Origin: Candidatus Brocadiia bacterium
Lineage (GTDB): Bacteria; Planctomycetota; Brocadiia; CAIUPP01
Assembly: GCA_050015075.1 (NCBI GenBank)
Contig: JBEKCB010000051.1
Span: 1-19,446 of the forward strand
Reading direction: 5' to 3'
Length of the DNA: 19,446 nucleotides
The notes under the pieces are model-generated. The model made no database searches. It was not told where the DNA came from and saw only the letters and a program-made list of their open reading frames with translations. Each line of letters starts with the position of its first letter. Position 1 is the stretch's first letter. Made by a program: the position numbers and the translations under genes. Positions 1 to 9,170 of the stretch are shown piece after piece.

Positions 1-169
1 GGCGCTCCGATGCGAATACGTCGGATACCAGAACGGGTGCCTTAGAGCACGAATAGCAGCCGGAACTCGATTTCACAGGTTCTCCGAACGTCTCACTTGA
101 GGAATGGCCTCATAGCAGCATGACGCGAGCCGGACTTGCGCAGGTTATTCTCGGGAGACTACGCCTACG

Positions 170-196
170 GTATGCCCTGAGGGGCACACTACGAGC
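170..196 (-). repeat. Single GTAG-family REP (REP half of the doublets at 3734 and 9031)
   Basis: The minus strand reads gctc-GTAG-TGTGCCC-ctca-GGGCATA-c, one mismatch from 3734-3760. It lies 9 bp past the stop of the last gene of the operon. Confidence 0.75.
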
Positions 197-205
197 AACG
201 GCCGT

Positions 206-1117
206 TCAGTCAGGGAAGAGGCGGATCAGTTTCCCGGCGTCCCGGAGCCCGACGGCCGAATCGGTGAGCGCCCACGTCTCGCGGTTCGCGGCGCGCTCGC
301 CGCTCCTCAGGGCGAACTCGGGGCCCATGGTCTCCATCTCGACCATGAAGTTCTTCGCTCCGACGTAAAACGCCATGTTGCAGCCGAGCGGATAGGAGGC
401 GGAAGGGTCGTAGCCGGTCCGCTTGGCGAAAGTGCAGCCGCTATCGGGCGCGTCCATCGCGATGATCCCGCGCTGGGCCTGGAGCATGCGTTTCGTCTCG
501 CGCCCCTTCGGGTGGACGAGCAGCATGTCGGGCGTAAACGAGATCTGGTCGTCGTCGAAGCCGGACGTGTGGCCGCCGCCCCAGGTCTTGAACAGGACCA
601 ACTTGAAGCAATCCCAGTCGCTGCCGTCGCCCAGCGGGATTCCATACGCCGTCCCTTCGGCAGGCAGCGTGCACGTGAGCGCCCACGTCCCGCAACTATA
701 GAGCATGGGACCCTGGTTCTCGACGAAATTCTCGACCTCGACGCAGTTCTCGCCCGCGACGCGAACCGTGATGCCGCGCTTCGTATTGAACACCGGGTCC
801 GCCGCGGAAACGACGGTCACCGAATCGCCCCGGACCTGCGCGCTGCATTTTCCGTTATCGGCGCGATAGCCGTCTTCGCTCTCGTCGGCGCCGGGGCGCG
901 TGGGCCAGACGCGGTGGCCGCCCATGAGCTTCCAGTCGCCGCGGCCGAGGCCCTGCCGGTCCCAGTAGAGCAGGTTGCGGCCCTTCGGCTTGCCGAAGAA
1001 CGCGATGCGCGGGCCTGCGTCGGTGACGATGGACATCTTCAGCGCGCGCGTGGCCAGCGTAATGACCGCGTGCCCCTCGAACGAACCTTTGCCGATGCGG
1101 ACGGAAGTTTTCGACAT
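206..1117 (-). CDS. DUF4380-like / galactose mutarotase (aldose epimerase)-like hypothetical protein
   Basis: ORF 206..1129. The ATG at 1117 has GGAG 6 nt upstream and is preferred. Motifs GPRIAFFG..G.NLLY, GGHRVWP and a C-terminal E.ETMGP...E.W are recalled from this family. Beta-rich, no signal peptide. Confidence 0.7.
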   Translation of the reverse strand: MSKTSVRIGKGSFEGHAVITLATRALKMSIVTDAGPRIAFFGKPKGRNLLYWDRQGLGRGDWKLMGGHRVWPTRPGADESEDGYRADNGKCSAQVRGDSVTVVSAADPVFNTKRGITVRVAGENCVEVENFVENQGPMLYSCGTWALTCTLPAEGTAYGIPLGDGSDWDCFKLVLFKTWGGGHTSGFDDDQISFTPDMLLVHPKGRETKRMLQAQRGIIAMDAPDSGCTFAKRTGYDPSASYPLGCNMAFYVGAKNFMVEMETMGPEFALRSGERAANRETWALTDSAVGLRDAGKLIRLFPD

Positions 1118-1145
1118 GTGGCGCTCCATCTGTAATAGCAGCCGC

Positions 1146-2348
1146 TTACCGGCCTGCTTTGGATTTCGGGCCGAATCGGGCGACCCATTGAGGCGTGCTC
1201 AGGCCGCCCCAACTGTCGGGATCGTAGTTGGCTTCAAAGATCCTCCGCAGCGTCGCGTCATAGGGCGCCAGGGCGCTCCAAAGCAGGCCCGGCGACTTGG
1301 CCCATCGGCGGTCGGGCTTGCCGCCGTCTATCCGCTGGAATCTTGCGCCCTTCACTTTTTTGTTCCACATGAAGTCGCGGTTGGTGGCGATGAGGCGCGC
1401 GATGTCCTCTTTCGTGAAGACCAGGCCGTGTTCGTACGCCGCGACGATCGCGGTCGTGTCAATCGTGTAGTACCCGCCGTTCGGGTGCACGCCGACCCAG
1501 TGCTTGATCGAGCCGTCCGGGTTGGTGTCCCACGGCACGTTCGCGTCCCAGTAGTTCCAGACGAAATACCTGCCGTCGTCGCGGAGCTTCATGTGAGACT
1601 TCATCGTCCGGAACCACATCTCGGCGCGCTCGCGGTAGATGGGCTTGCGCGTCACGTCGTACATGGCCAGCATCCAGAGGGCGATGAAGTTTTCCTTGTT
1701 CGCCGGCAGGGAATTGCCGTCCGTTTTTCTTCGTTTGTATCCGTCGAGTTCGGTCCACTTGAGGGTCTTCGGGTCCAGCCCGAAGGGCGGGACGACCCAG
1801 ATGCCGCCTGCCTTCGCCTTGCGCCAGGCGCCGCGGGAATTCCATTTCTCGAACATGTTTTCGGCGAGCCGCAGGTACTCCGCGGCTTTGCGCCCGTACA
1901 CTTTCTTCAGGGCGGGCGTCTTGAGAATCTCACCGGCCATCAGCACCATGGGGCGAAGGAACATCGCATCGCCCAGCTCGGTGTCCGTGTAGCGCAGCTT
2001 CATTCCGGGAGGAAGGTACTCGAGGACGTCGGCATCCTCGAACCTGGGCCAGCCGATGAAGCCGTCCGGCTCCTTGAGGCCGCGCCGGACGACGGCGTCG
2101 CCCCAGTCCAGTTGCCGGTCGAGCCACTCGCGGTCGCGCGTGGCCATGAAGCCGTGGTAGAACCCATTGAGGAACGGAGCGACGCGCCAGCCGATCTGCT
2201 CGCCCATTTCCACGTCGCAGGGGCGGTTGGTCTTGCTGAGGATATTCTGCTGCCAGCGGCGCATCCAGTCGGCGGCGCGGGCGGGGGCCAGGCGGGCGGG
2301 CCCTCCGGTTTTCACGGCCTTCGTCCTGCCCTTGGCGGATGGACTCAT
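1146..2348 (-). CDS. Paralog P1 of tandem family (predicted alpha/alpha-barrel, six-hairpin glycosidase/epimerase-like); no signal peptide
   Basis: 400 aa with RBS-like GAAAGGGA upstream. Carries the shared motifs EPDG[FY]IGWP, MAGEILKTPAL, GVHPNGGYY and AYEHGLVFTKEDIARLIATNRDFMWN. The N-terminus is basic with no hydrophobic h-region. The fold is inference. Confidence 0.85.
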   Translation of the reverse strand: MSPSAKGRTKAVKTGGPARLAPARAADWMRRWQQNILSKTNRPCDVEMGEQIGWRVAPFLNGFYHGFMATRDREWLDRQLDWGDAVVRRGLKEPDGFIGWPRFEDADVLEYLPPGMKLRYTDTELGDAMFLRPMVLMAGEILKTPALKKVYGRKAAEYLRLAENMFEKWNSRGAWRKAKAGGIWVVPPFGLDPKTLKWTELDGYKRRKTDGNSLPANKENFIALWMLAMYDVTRKPIYRERAEMWFRTMKSHMKLRDDGRYFVWNYWDANVPWDTNPDGSIKHWVGVHPNGGYYTIDTTAIVAAYEHGLVFTKEDIARLIATNRDFMWNKKVKGARFQRIDGGKPDRRWAKSPGLLWSALAPYDATLRRIFEANYDPDSWGGLSTPQWVARFGPKSKAGR

Positions 2349-2382
2349 CGGGATTTCCCTTTCTCGCTCGATCCTGCGCGAC

Positions 2383-3630
2383 TTATTGCGCGGCTTTGGG
2401 CTTTGGGCCGAAGCGGGCGATCCATTCCGGCGTGCCGCTCATGCCGCCCCAGTCGCCCGGGTTATTGTTGGCTTCAAAAATCTTCCGCAGCGTCGGATCG
2501 TAGGGCGCGAAGCCTTCCCAGAGCACGCCCGGCGAGTCCGCCCAATGCGGGTCGGGCTTGCCGCCGTCAATCCGCTGGAATTTCGCGTTCTTGATTTGCT
2601 GGTTCCACATGAAGTCGCGGTTCGTGGCGATGAGGCGGGCGATATCCTCTTTCGTGAAGACCAGGCCGTGTTCGTACGCCAACGCGATCGCCCCGGTATC
2701 CACTCCGTAATACCCGCCGTTCGGGTGAACGCCGACCCAGTGCTTGAGAGAGCCGTCCGCGTTGTGGTCCCACGGCACGTTCGCGTCCCAGTAGTTCCAG
2801 ACGAAGTACTTGCCGTCCTCCCGGAGCTTCATGTGAGATCGCATCACCTGGAACCACTTCTCGGCCCGTTCCTTGTAGATGGGTTTGTGCGTCACGTCGT
2901 ACATGGCGAGCATCCACTCGGAGATGATGTTCTCCTTGTTGTCCGGCAGGGAGTTGCCGTCCGTGTGCCTCAGTTCATACCCCGCGGTCCACTTGCCGGC
3001 CTTCGGGTCGAACCCGAAGGGCGGAACGACCCAGGCGCCGCCCTCCTTGGTATCGCGCCAGGCGCCGCGCGATTCCCATTTCTCGAAGGTCCGTTCGGCC
3101 AGCTTGAGGTATTCCTCCGCCTTGGCGCCGTACTTGGCCTTCAGGGCCGGCGTCTTGAGGATCTCGCCGGCCATCAGCACCACCGGGCGGAAGAACATCG
3201 CATCGCCGACCTCCACGTCCGTGTAGCGCATCCTCTCGCCGGGCGGAAGGTAATCGAGGACGTCGGCGTTCTCGTCCTTGGGCCAGCCGATGTAGCCGTC
3301 CGGCTCTTTCACGCCGCGCTTGACGACGGAGTCGGTCCAGTCTATCAGCCGGTCCACCCATTCGTGCTCGCCCGTGGCCATGTAGCCGTAGTAGTATGCA
3401 TTCAGGAACGGGCTGACCAGCCAGCCGATCTGCTCGCCCACTTCCTTGTCGCAATAGCGGACGTTGGAGCTGTCGCGCTTGATATTCTGCCTCCAACGCT
3501 GCATCCAATCTTTGACGACCGCCGGGTCCATGGGCGGCCCCGCTAGCTCCTGGGCGACGGCAAGCCCCGACGGGAGAATACACGCCAGCACCAGGACGCA
3601 CGCCGCGCCGCCATGCAATCTACCTGACAT
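2383..3630 (-). CDS. Paralog P2, secreted (signal peptide)
   Basis: Start reassigned to ATG 3630, after the conserved leader TTTGAAAGGGCTGAT. MSGRLHGGAACVLVLACILPSGLAVA-Q is a Sec-type signal. 415 aa. Confidence 0.85.
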   Translation of the reverse strand: MSGRLHGGAACVLVLACILPSGLAVAQELAGPPMDPAVVKDWMQRWRQNIKRDSSNVRYCDKEVGEQIGWLVSPFLNAYYYGYMATGEHEWVDRLIDWTDSVVKRGVKEPDGYIGWPKDENADVLDYLPPGERMRYTDVEVGDAMFFRPVVLMAGEILKTPALKAKYGAKAEEYLKLAERTFEKWESRGAWRDTKEGGAWVVPPFGFDPKAGKWTAGYELRHTDGNSLPDNKENIISEWMLAMYDVTHKPIYKERAEKWFQVMRSHMKLREDGKYFVWNYWDANVPWDHNADGSLKHWVGVHPNGGYYGVDTGAIALAYEHGLVFTKEDIARLIATNRDFMWNQQIKNAKFQRIDGGKPDPHWADSPGVLWEGFAPYDPTLRKIFEANNNPGDWGGMSGTPEWIARFGPKPKAAQ

Positions 3631-3733
3631 ATCAGCCCTTTCAAAAGCGCTACTAGTGTGCTGCCTCGAGAATAACATACGTCTGTCTACCCAGCGACAT
3701 GCCGTTCTGCCCTGAGCTCACGGCCGAAGGGCT

Positions 3734-3790
3734 GCTCGTAGTGTGCCCGTCAGGGCATACGAAATAGCGCCTGACGCCGCCACTACAAGC
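3734..3790. repeat. REP doublet (REPIN-like), GTAG family
   Basis: 57 bp gctcGTAGtgtgcccgtcagggcatac-gaaa-tagcgcctgacgccgccaCTACaagc: two inverted GTAG+hairpin units. A copy with 2 mismatches lies at 9031-9087. Confidence 0.8.
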
Positions 3791-5039
3791 GGCCGTAGCG
3801 GGCGACCCATTCCGGCGTGCTGCTCAGGCCGCCCCAACCGCCCGGATCATGGTTGGCTTCAAAAATCTTCCGCAGCGTCGGGTCGTAGGGCGCCAGGGCG
3901 AGCCAGAGTTCGCCCGGCCCGTTCGCCCATCGCGGGTCGGGCTTTTCGCCGTCGATCCGCTGAAACTTTGCGTTCTTGACTTGCTGGTTCCACATGAAGT
4001 CGCGGTCCGTGGCGATGAGGCGGGCGATGTCCTCCTTCGTGAAGACCAGGCCATGCTCGTACGCGGCCACGATCGCCGACACGTCGCTCGAGTAGTACCC
4101 GCCGTTCGGATGCACGCCCACCCAGTGCCGGGTGGTGCCATCGGCCTTGTAGTCCCACGGCCCGGCCGGTTCCCAGTAGTTCCAGACGAAATACTTGCCG
4201 TCATCGCGGAGCTTCATGCGGGACTTCATGATGCGCATCCACTTCTCGACGCGTTCCAGGTAGACGGGTTTCTTCGTCACGTCGTACATGGCCAGGAGCC
4301 AGCCGGCGATGAGGCTTTCCTTGTTATCCGGCTCCGAGAAGCCGTCCGTCTTTCTGCGCGCGTAGCCCTCGGTCCACTTGCCGGTGGTCTTGTCAATCCC
4401 GAAGGGCGGGACGACCCAGAGGCCGCCTTCCTTCGTCTCGCGCCAGGCGTCGCGCGAGTCCCATTTCTCGAACGTCCGTTCGGAAAGCCGGAGGTACTCT
4501 TCGGCCTTGGCGCCGTACTCCTTCTTCAGGGCGGGCGTCTTGAGAATCTCGCCGGCCATCAGCACCAGCGGGCGAAGGAACATCGCCTCGCCCAGCTCGC
4601 TGTCCTCGATGGCGCGGGGGCCTTCGCCCTTGGGCCAGCCGATGTAGCCGTCCGGCTCTTTGACGCCGCGCTTGATGACGGCGTCGCCCCAATGGATCAG
4701 CCGGTCCACCCACTCGCGTTCGCCCGTGGCCATGTAGCCGTAGTAGAACCCGTTGAGGAACGGGCTGACCAGCCAGCCGAGTTCCTCGCCCATTTCCTTG
4801 TCGCAATAGGGGTTCTTGGCGCTGTCGCTGAGGATGTTCTCCTTCCAACGGCGCATCCAGTCCCGGGCGAGCGCCGGGTCCATGTTCGCGCCGGCCTGAG
4901 CGGCCGCTCCTGCTGCCGCGTCCTTCGTCTGGCCCTGGGCGATGGAAACGCCGGATGGAAGAACGCAGGCGAGGAGCAGTCCGATCCCTGTCGCCGCAAG
5001 CGATCCGCACGTTGCGCCGCCATGCAATCTAAGTGACAT
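3783..5039 (-). CDS. Paralog P3, secreted
   Basis: Start at ATG 5039 after TTTGAAAGGGCCGAT. The signal peptide ends LPSGVSIA-Q. 418 aa. The stop TAG lies inside the REP. Confidence 0.85.
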   Translation of the reverse strand: MSLRLHGGATCGSLAATGIGLLLACVLPSGVSIAQGQTKDAAAGAAAQAGANMDPALARDWMRRWKENILSDSAKNPYCDKEMGEELGWLVSPFLNGFYYGYMATGEREWVDRLIHWGDAVIKRGVKEPDGYIGWPKGEGPRAIEDSELGEAMFLRPLVLMAGEILKTPALKKEYGAKAEEYLRLSERTFEKWDSRDAWRETKEGGLWVVPPFGIDKTTGKWTEGYARRKTDGFSEPDNKESLIAGWLLAMYDVTKKPVYLERVEKWMRIMKSRMKLRDDGKYFVWNYWEPAGPWDYKADGTTRHWVGVHPNGGYYSSDVSAIVAAYEHGLVFTKEDIARLIATDRDFMWNQQVKNAKFQRIDGEKPDPRWANGPGELWLALAPYDPTLRKIFEANHDPGGWGGLSSTPEWVARYGRL

Positions 5040-5077
5040 ATCGGCCCTTTCAAAAGCGCTGCAAGGACGATGCTCGC

Positions 5078-6337
5078 CTACTGACCGGCTTTGGACTTCG
5101 AGCCGAAGCGGGCGACCCATTGCGGCGTGGTGCTCAGTCCAGCCCAACTGGTCGGATCATGGTTGGCCTCAAAAATCTTCCGCAGCGTCGGGTCAAAGGG
5201 CGCCAAAGCGCCCCAGAGCATCCCCGGCGACGCGGCCGGGTCGGACTTTTCGCCGTCAATCCGCTGAAATTTCGCGTTCTTGATCTGCTGGTTCCACATG
5301 AAGTCGCGGTTGGTGGCGATGAGGCGGGCGATGTCCTCTTGAGTGAAGACCAGGCCGTGCTCGTAGGCATCGGCGATCCCTTCCACGTCAACCTGGTAGT
5401 ACCGGCCGCGCGGGTGCACGCCCGTCCAGTGCTTAAGAGAGCCATCCGCTTTGTGGTCCCATGGCCCGCCCGGATCCCAGTAGTCCCAGACGAAGTATTT
5501 GCCGTTCTCCCGGAGCTTCATGCGGGACTTCATCACGCGAAACCACTTCTCGGCCCGTTCCCGGTAGATGGATTTGTGCGTCACGTCGTACATGGCGATC
5601 ATCCACTGGGCGATGAAGTTTTGCTTGTTATCCGGCAGGGAGAAGCCCTCCTTCTTCCTTTGCTCGTACTCCTCAGTCCACTTTCCGGTCTTCCGGTCAA
5701 ACCCGAAGAGCGGCACGACCCACAGGCCGCCTTCCTTCGTCTCGCGCCAGGCGCCGCGCGAATCCCATTTCTCGAACATCTGTTCGGAAAGCTTAATGTA
5801 TTCCTCGGCCTTGGCGCCGTACTCTTTCTTCAGGGCGGGCGTCTTGAGTATTTCGCCGGCCATCAGCACCATGGGGCGAAGGAACAGCGCATCGCCCATC
5901 TCGTTGTCCGTGTACTGGTGCTTCACGGAGTCGGTCTCCGCGCCGTCTTCCTTGGGCCAGCCGATGTAGCCGTCCGGCTCCTTCACGCTGCGCTTGAGGA
6001 CGGAGTCGGCCCAGTCGAACAGCCGGTCCACCCACTCGCGATCGCCGGTGGCCATGTAGCCGTAGTAGAACCCGTTCAGGAACGGGCTGACTACGTCGGC
6101 GATCTGCTCACCCATTGCCGTGTCGCAATAGCGGTGCTTCCGGCTCTCGTCGAGGATGCTCTGCTTCCAACGGCTCAGCCACTCCTTGGCGAGCGCCGGG
6201 TCCATGTTCGCGCCGGCCTGAACGGCCGCTCCTGCTGCGGCGTCCTTCGCCTGGCCCTGGGCGATGGAAACGCCGGACGGAAGAATCCACGCCAACGCCA
6301 TGACGCACGCCGCGCCGCGATACAATCTACGTGACAT
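5078..6337 (-). CDS. Paralog P4, secreted
   Basis: Start at ATG 6337 after GAAAGGGCCGAT. Signal peptide ...WILPSGVSIA-Q. 419 aa with the family motifs. Confidence 0.85.
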   Translation of the reverse strand: MSRRLYRGAACVMALAWILPSGVSIAQGQAKDAAAGAAVQAGANMDPALAKEWLSRWKQSILDESRKHRYCDTAMGEQIADVVSPFLNGFYYGYMATGDREWVDRLFDWADSVLKRSVKEPDGYIGWPKEDGAETDSVKHQYTDNEMGDALFLRPMVLMAGEILKTPALKKEYGAKAEEYIKLSEQMFEKWDSRGAWRETKEGGLWVVPLFGFDRKTGKWTEEYEQRKKEGFSLPDNKQNFIAQWMIAMYDVTHKSIYRERAEKWFRVMKSRMKLRENGKYFVWDYWDPGGPWDHKADGSLKHWTGVHPRGRYYQVDVEGIADAYEHGLVFTQEDIARLIATNRDFMWNQQIKNAKFQRIDGEKSDPAASPGMLWGALAPFDPTLRKIFEANHDPTSWAGLSTTPQWVARFGSKSKAGQ

Positions 6338-6369
6338 ATCGGCCCTTTCAGCGCAGAACAGATGGTTGC

Positions 6370-7641
6370 TTACTGACCGGCTTCGGACCTTCGGCCGTAG
6401 CGGGCGACCCATGCAGGCGTGCCAAGGCCGCCCCAATCACCGGGATCATGGTTGGCTTCGAAAATCTTCCGCAGCGTCGGGTCATAGGGCGCCAGGGCCT
6501 CCCAGAGCACGCCCGGCGTAAGGTCCCGGACGGGCGGTTCGCCGTCTATCCGCTGGAATTTCGCGTCCTTGATTTGCTGGTTCCACATGAAGTCCCGGTT
6601 GGTGGCGATGAGCCGCGTGATGTCCTCCTTGGTGAAGACCAGGCCATGCTCGTACGCCGTCACGATCCCTTCGACGTCAATCCCGTAGTACCCGCCGTTC
6701 GGGTGCACGCCCACCCACTGGCCGTACCTCAGCGAGCCGTTCGCCTGGAAGTCCCACGGCCCGCCCACGTCCCAGTAGTTCCAGACGAAATACTTGCCGT
6801 TGTCGCGGAGCTTCATGCGGGACTTCATCAAGCGCCACCACTTCTCGGCGCGTTCCTTGTAAACGGGTTTATGGGTCACGTCGTACATACCGATGATCCA
6901 TATGGCGATGATGTTTTCCTTGTTCGCCGGGTGAGAGACGCCGCCTTTGTCTCTCTCTGCATATCCGGCGGTAAACTTGCCGGTCTTGGGATCGAGCCCG
7001 AAGGGCGGATCAATCCACAGGCCGCCTCCCTTCGTCTCGCGCCAGGCGCCGCGCGAATCCCACTTCTCGAACATCTGCTCGGAAAGCCGGATATATTCCT
7101 CCGCCTTGGCGCCGTAATCTTTCTTCAGGGCGGGCGTTTTGAGAATCTCGCCGGCCATCAGCACCAGCGGGCGCAGGAACATCGCCTCGCCCAGCTCGCT
7201 GTCCGTGATGCTGTCGGCGCCCTCCACGCCGGCCTGGCGCTGCTCGTCCGGAAAGCTCTTGGGCCAGCCGATATACCCGTCCGGCTCCTTCACGCCGCGC
7301 TTGACGATGGAATCGCCCCAATCGAACAGCCGGTCCACCCATTCGCGGTCGCCGGTGGCCAGGTAGCCGTCGTAGAGCCCGTTCAGGACCGGACTGACCA
7401 GCCAGCCGAGTTCCTCGCCCATTTCCCGGTCGCAAGAGCGGTCGCGGTACTCGCGGAGGATGTTCTGCTTCCAACGCCGCATCCAATCGGCGGCGAGCGC
7501 CGGATCCATAGTCTCCGCCGGCTGAATCGCGGCTCCGGTCGCCGCATCCTTTGTCTGGCCCTGGGCAATGGAAACGCCGGACGGAAGAACCCACGCGATG
7601 AGCAGGACGCAGACCGCCCCGCCATGCAGTCTATGCGACAT
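6370..7641 (-). CDS. Paralog P5, secreted
   Basis: Start at ATG 7641 after GGGAGGACTGAC. Signal peptide ...WVLPSGVSIA-Q. 423 aa. Confidence 0.85.
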   Translation of the reverse strand: MSHRLHGGAVCVLLIAWVLPSGVSIAQGQTKDAATGAAIQPAETMDPALAADWMRRWKQNILREYRDRSCDREMGEELGWLVSPVLNGLYDGYLATGDREWVDRLFDWGDSIVKRGVKEPDGYIGWPKSFPDEQRQAGVEGADSITDSELGEAMFLRPLVLMAGEILKTPALKKDYGAKAEEYIRLSEQMFEKWDSRGAWRETKGGGLWIDPPFGLDPKTGKFTAGYAERDKGGVSHPANKENIIAIWIIGMYDVTHKPVYKERAEKWWRLMKSRMKLRDNGKYFVWNYWDVGGPWDFQANGSLRYGQWVGVHPNGGYYGIDVEGIVTAYEHGLVFTKEDITRLIATNRDFMWNQQIKDAKFQRIDGEPPVRDLTPGVLWEALAPYDPTLRKIFEANHDPGDWGGLGTPAWVARYGRRSEAGQ

Positions 7642-7679
7642 GTCAGTCCTCCCGAAAGCGCTGCAGGGACGATGTCCGA

Positions 7680-8957
7680 TTACTGGCCGGCTTTGGCCTT
7701 CGGGCCGAAGCGGGCGACATATTCCGGCGTGCCCATTCCGCCCCAACTGCCCGGATTGAAGTTCGCCACGAGAATCTTCCACAGCGTCGGGTCATAGGGC
7801 GCCAGGGCGTCCCAGAGCACGCCGGGCGAATCGTAATGCGGGTCGGGCGGTTCGCCGTCAATCCGCCGGAACTTCGCATGCTCGACCTGGTGGTTCCACA
7901 TGAAGTCGCGGTTCGTGGCGATCAGGCGGGCGATATCCTCTTTCGTGAAGACCAAGCCATGCTCGTAGGCGTCCACGATCCCGCCGACGTCGCACGAGTA
8001 GTACCCGCCGTTCGGATGGACGCCCACCCAGTGTTTGGTGCTGCCGTCGGCGTTGTAATCCCACGGCCCGGCCGGATCCCAGTAGTCCCAGACGAAATAC
8101 TTGCCGTTGTCCCGGAGCCGCATGCGGGACTTCATCACGCGGAACCACTTCTCGGCGCGGTCCTTGTAGATGGGTTTGTGCGTCACGTCGTACATGGCCA
8201 GGAGCCACTCGGCGATGAAGTTCTGCATGTTGTCCGGCCGCGAGAAACCTTCCTTGTTTCTCAGTTCATATCCGGCGGTCCACTGGTTGGTCTTCTGGTC
8301 AATCGCGAAAGGCGGCAGGACCCAGACGCCGCCTTCCTTCGTCTCGTGCCAGGCGCCGCGCGAATCCCATTTGTCGAACATCTGTTCGGAAAGCTTGATG
8401 TATCCCTCGGCCTTGGCGCCGTATTCCTTCTTCAGGGCGGGCGTCTTGAGAATCTCGCCGGACATCAGCACGATGGGGCGGAAGAACATCGCCTCGCCCA
8501 GCGTGTCGTCCGAGTAGCGGTCCACGATGGCGCCGGTGTGCGCGGCGCCGCCGAACCGGGGCCAGCCGAGATACCCGTCCGGCCCCTTCAGGCCGCGCTT
8601 GATGACGGAGTCGGACCAGTCTATCAGCCGGTCCACCCACGCGCGGTCGCCCGTGGCCAGGTAGCCGTAGTAGTACGCGTTCAGGAACGGGCTGACCATC
8701 CAGCCGCACTCCTCGCCCATTTCCTTGTCGCAGAAGCGGGTGTTGCTGTCGCTGACGACGTTCGCCTTCCAGCGCTGCATCCAATCCTTGCAGGTCGCCG
8801 CATCCAGGCTTGGCTGAAAGGCCGCTCCGGTTTTCTCGTCCTTCGCCTGGTCCTGGGCGATGGAAACGCCGGATGGAAGAACCCACGCGAGGAACAATCC
8901 CATCCCGATCGCCGCAAGCCGTCCGCGCATCGCGCCGCCATGCAATCCGGGTGGCAT
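7680..8957 (-). CDS. Paralog P6, secreted
   Basis: Start at ATG 8957 after TTTGAAAGGACCGAT. Signal peptide ...WVLPSGVSIA-Q. 425 aa. Confidence 0.85.
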   Translation of the reverse strand: MPPGLHGGAMRGRLAAIGMGLFLAWVLPSGVSIAQDQAKDEKTGAAFQPSLDAATCKDWMQRWKANVVSDSNTRFCDKEMGEECGWMVSPFLNAYYYGYLATGDRAWVDRLIDWSDSVIKRGLKGPDGYLGWPRFGGAAHTGAIVDRYSDDTLGEAMFFRPIVLMSGEILKTPALKKEYGAKAEGYIKLSEQMFDKWDSRGAWHETKEGGVWVLPPFAIDQKTNQWTAGYELRNKEGFSRPDNMQNFIAEWLLAMYDVTHKPIYKDRAEKWFRVMKSRMRLRDNGKYFVWDYWDPAGPWDYNADGSTKHWVGVHPNGGYYSCDVGGIVDAYEHGLVFTKEDIARLIATNRDFMWNHQVEHAKFRRIDGEPPDPHYDSPGVLWDALAPYDPTLWKILVANFNPGSWGGMGTPEYVARFGPKAKAGQ

Positions 8958-9030
8958 ATCGGTCCTTTCAAAAGCGCCGCAAGGGCGGTAACCCATAAAC
9001 AACATACATAAATCCAGCCCGCGTCATGCC

Positions 9031-9087
9031 GCTCGTAGTGTGCTCGTCAGGGCATACGAAATAGCGCCTGACGGCGCCACTACAAGC
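9031..9087. repeat. REP doublet (REPIN-like), GTAG family
   Basis: Second copy of 3734-3790 in the same orientation, in the P7-P6 intergenic region. Confidence 0.8.
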
Positions 9088-9094
9088 AGCGTGT

Positions 9095-9122
9095 GAGATT
9101 CCTCGCTTCGCTCGGAATGACA
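9095..9122 (-). repeat. Second-family palindromic REP-like element (TGTCATTCCGAGCGAAGCGAGGAATCTC)
   Basis: ATTCC...GGAAT stem around GAGCGAAGCGA. It resembles a widespread intergenic GTCATTCCG-type repeat recalled from other genomes. Only one copy is in the window. Confidence 0.6.
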
Positions 9123-9170
9123 CATTTTATGCAACTGATTTCCGGGGCGCCACGCCGGGACGATGCTCGC

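Noticed and set aside
1-117. Possible gene end at the left edge
   Set aside because: Too short and no recognisable motif.
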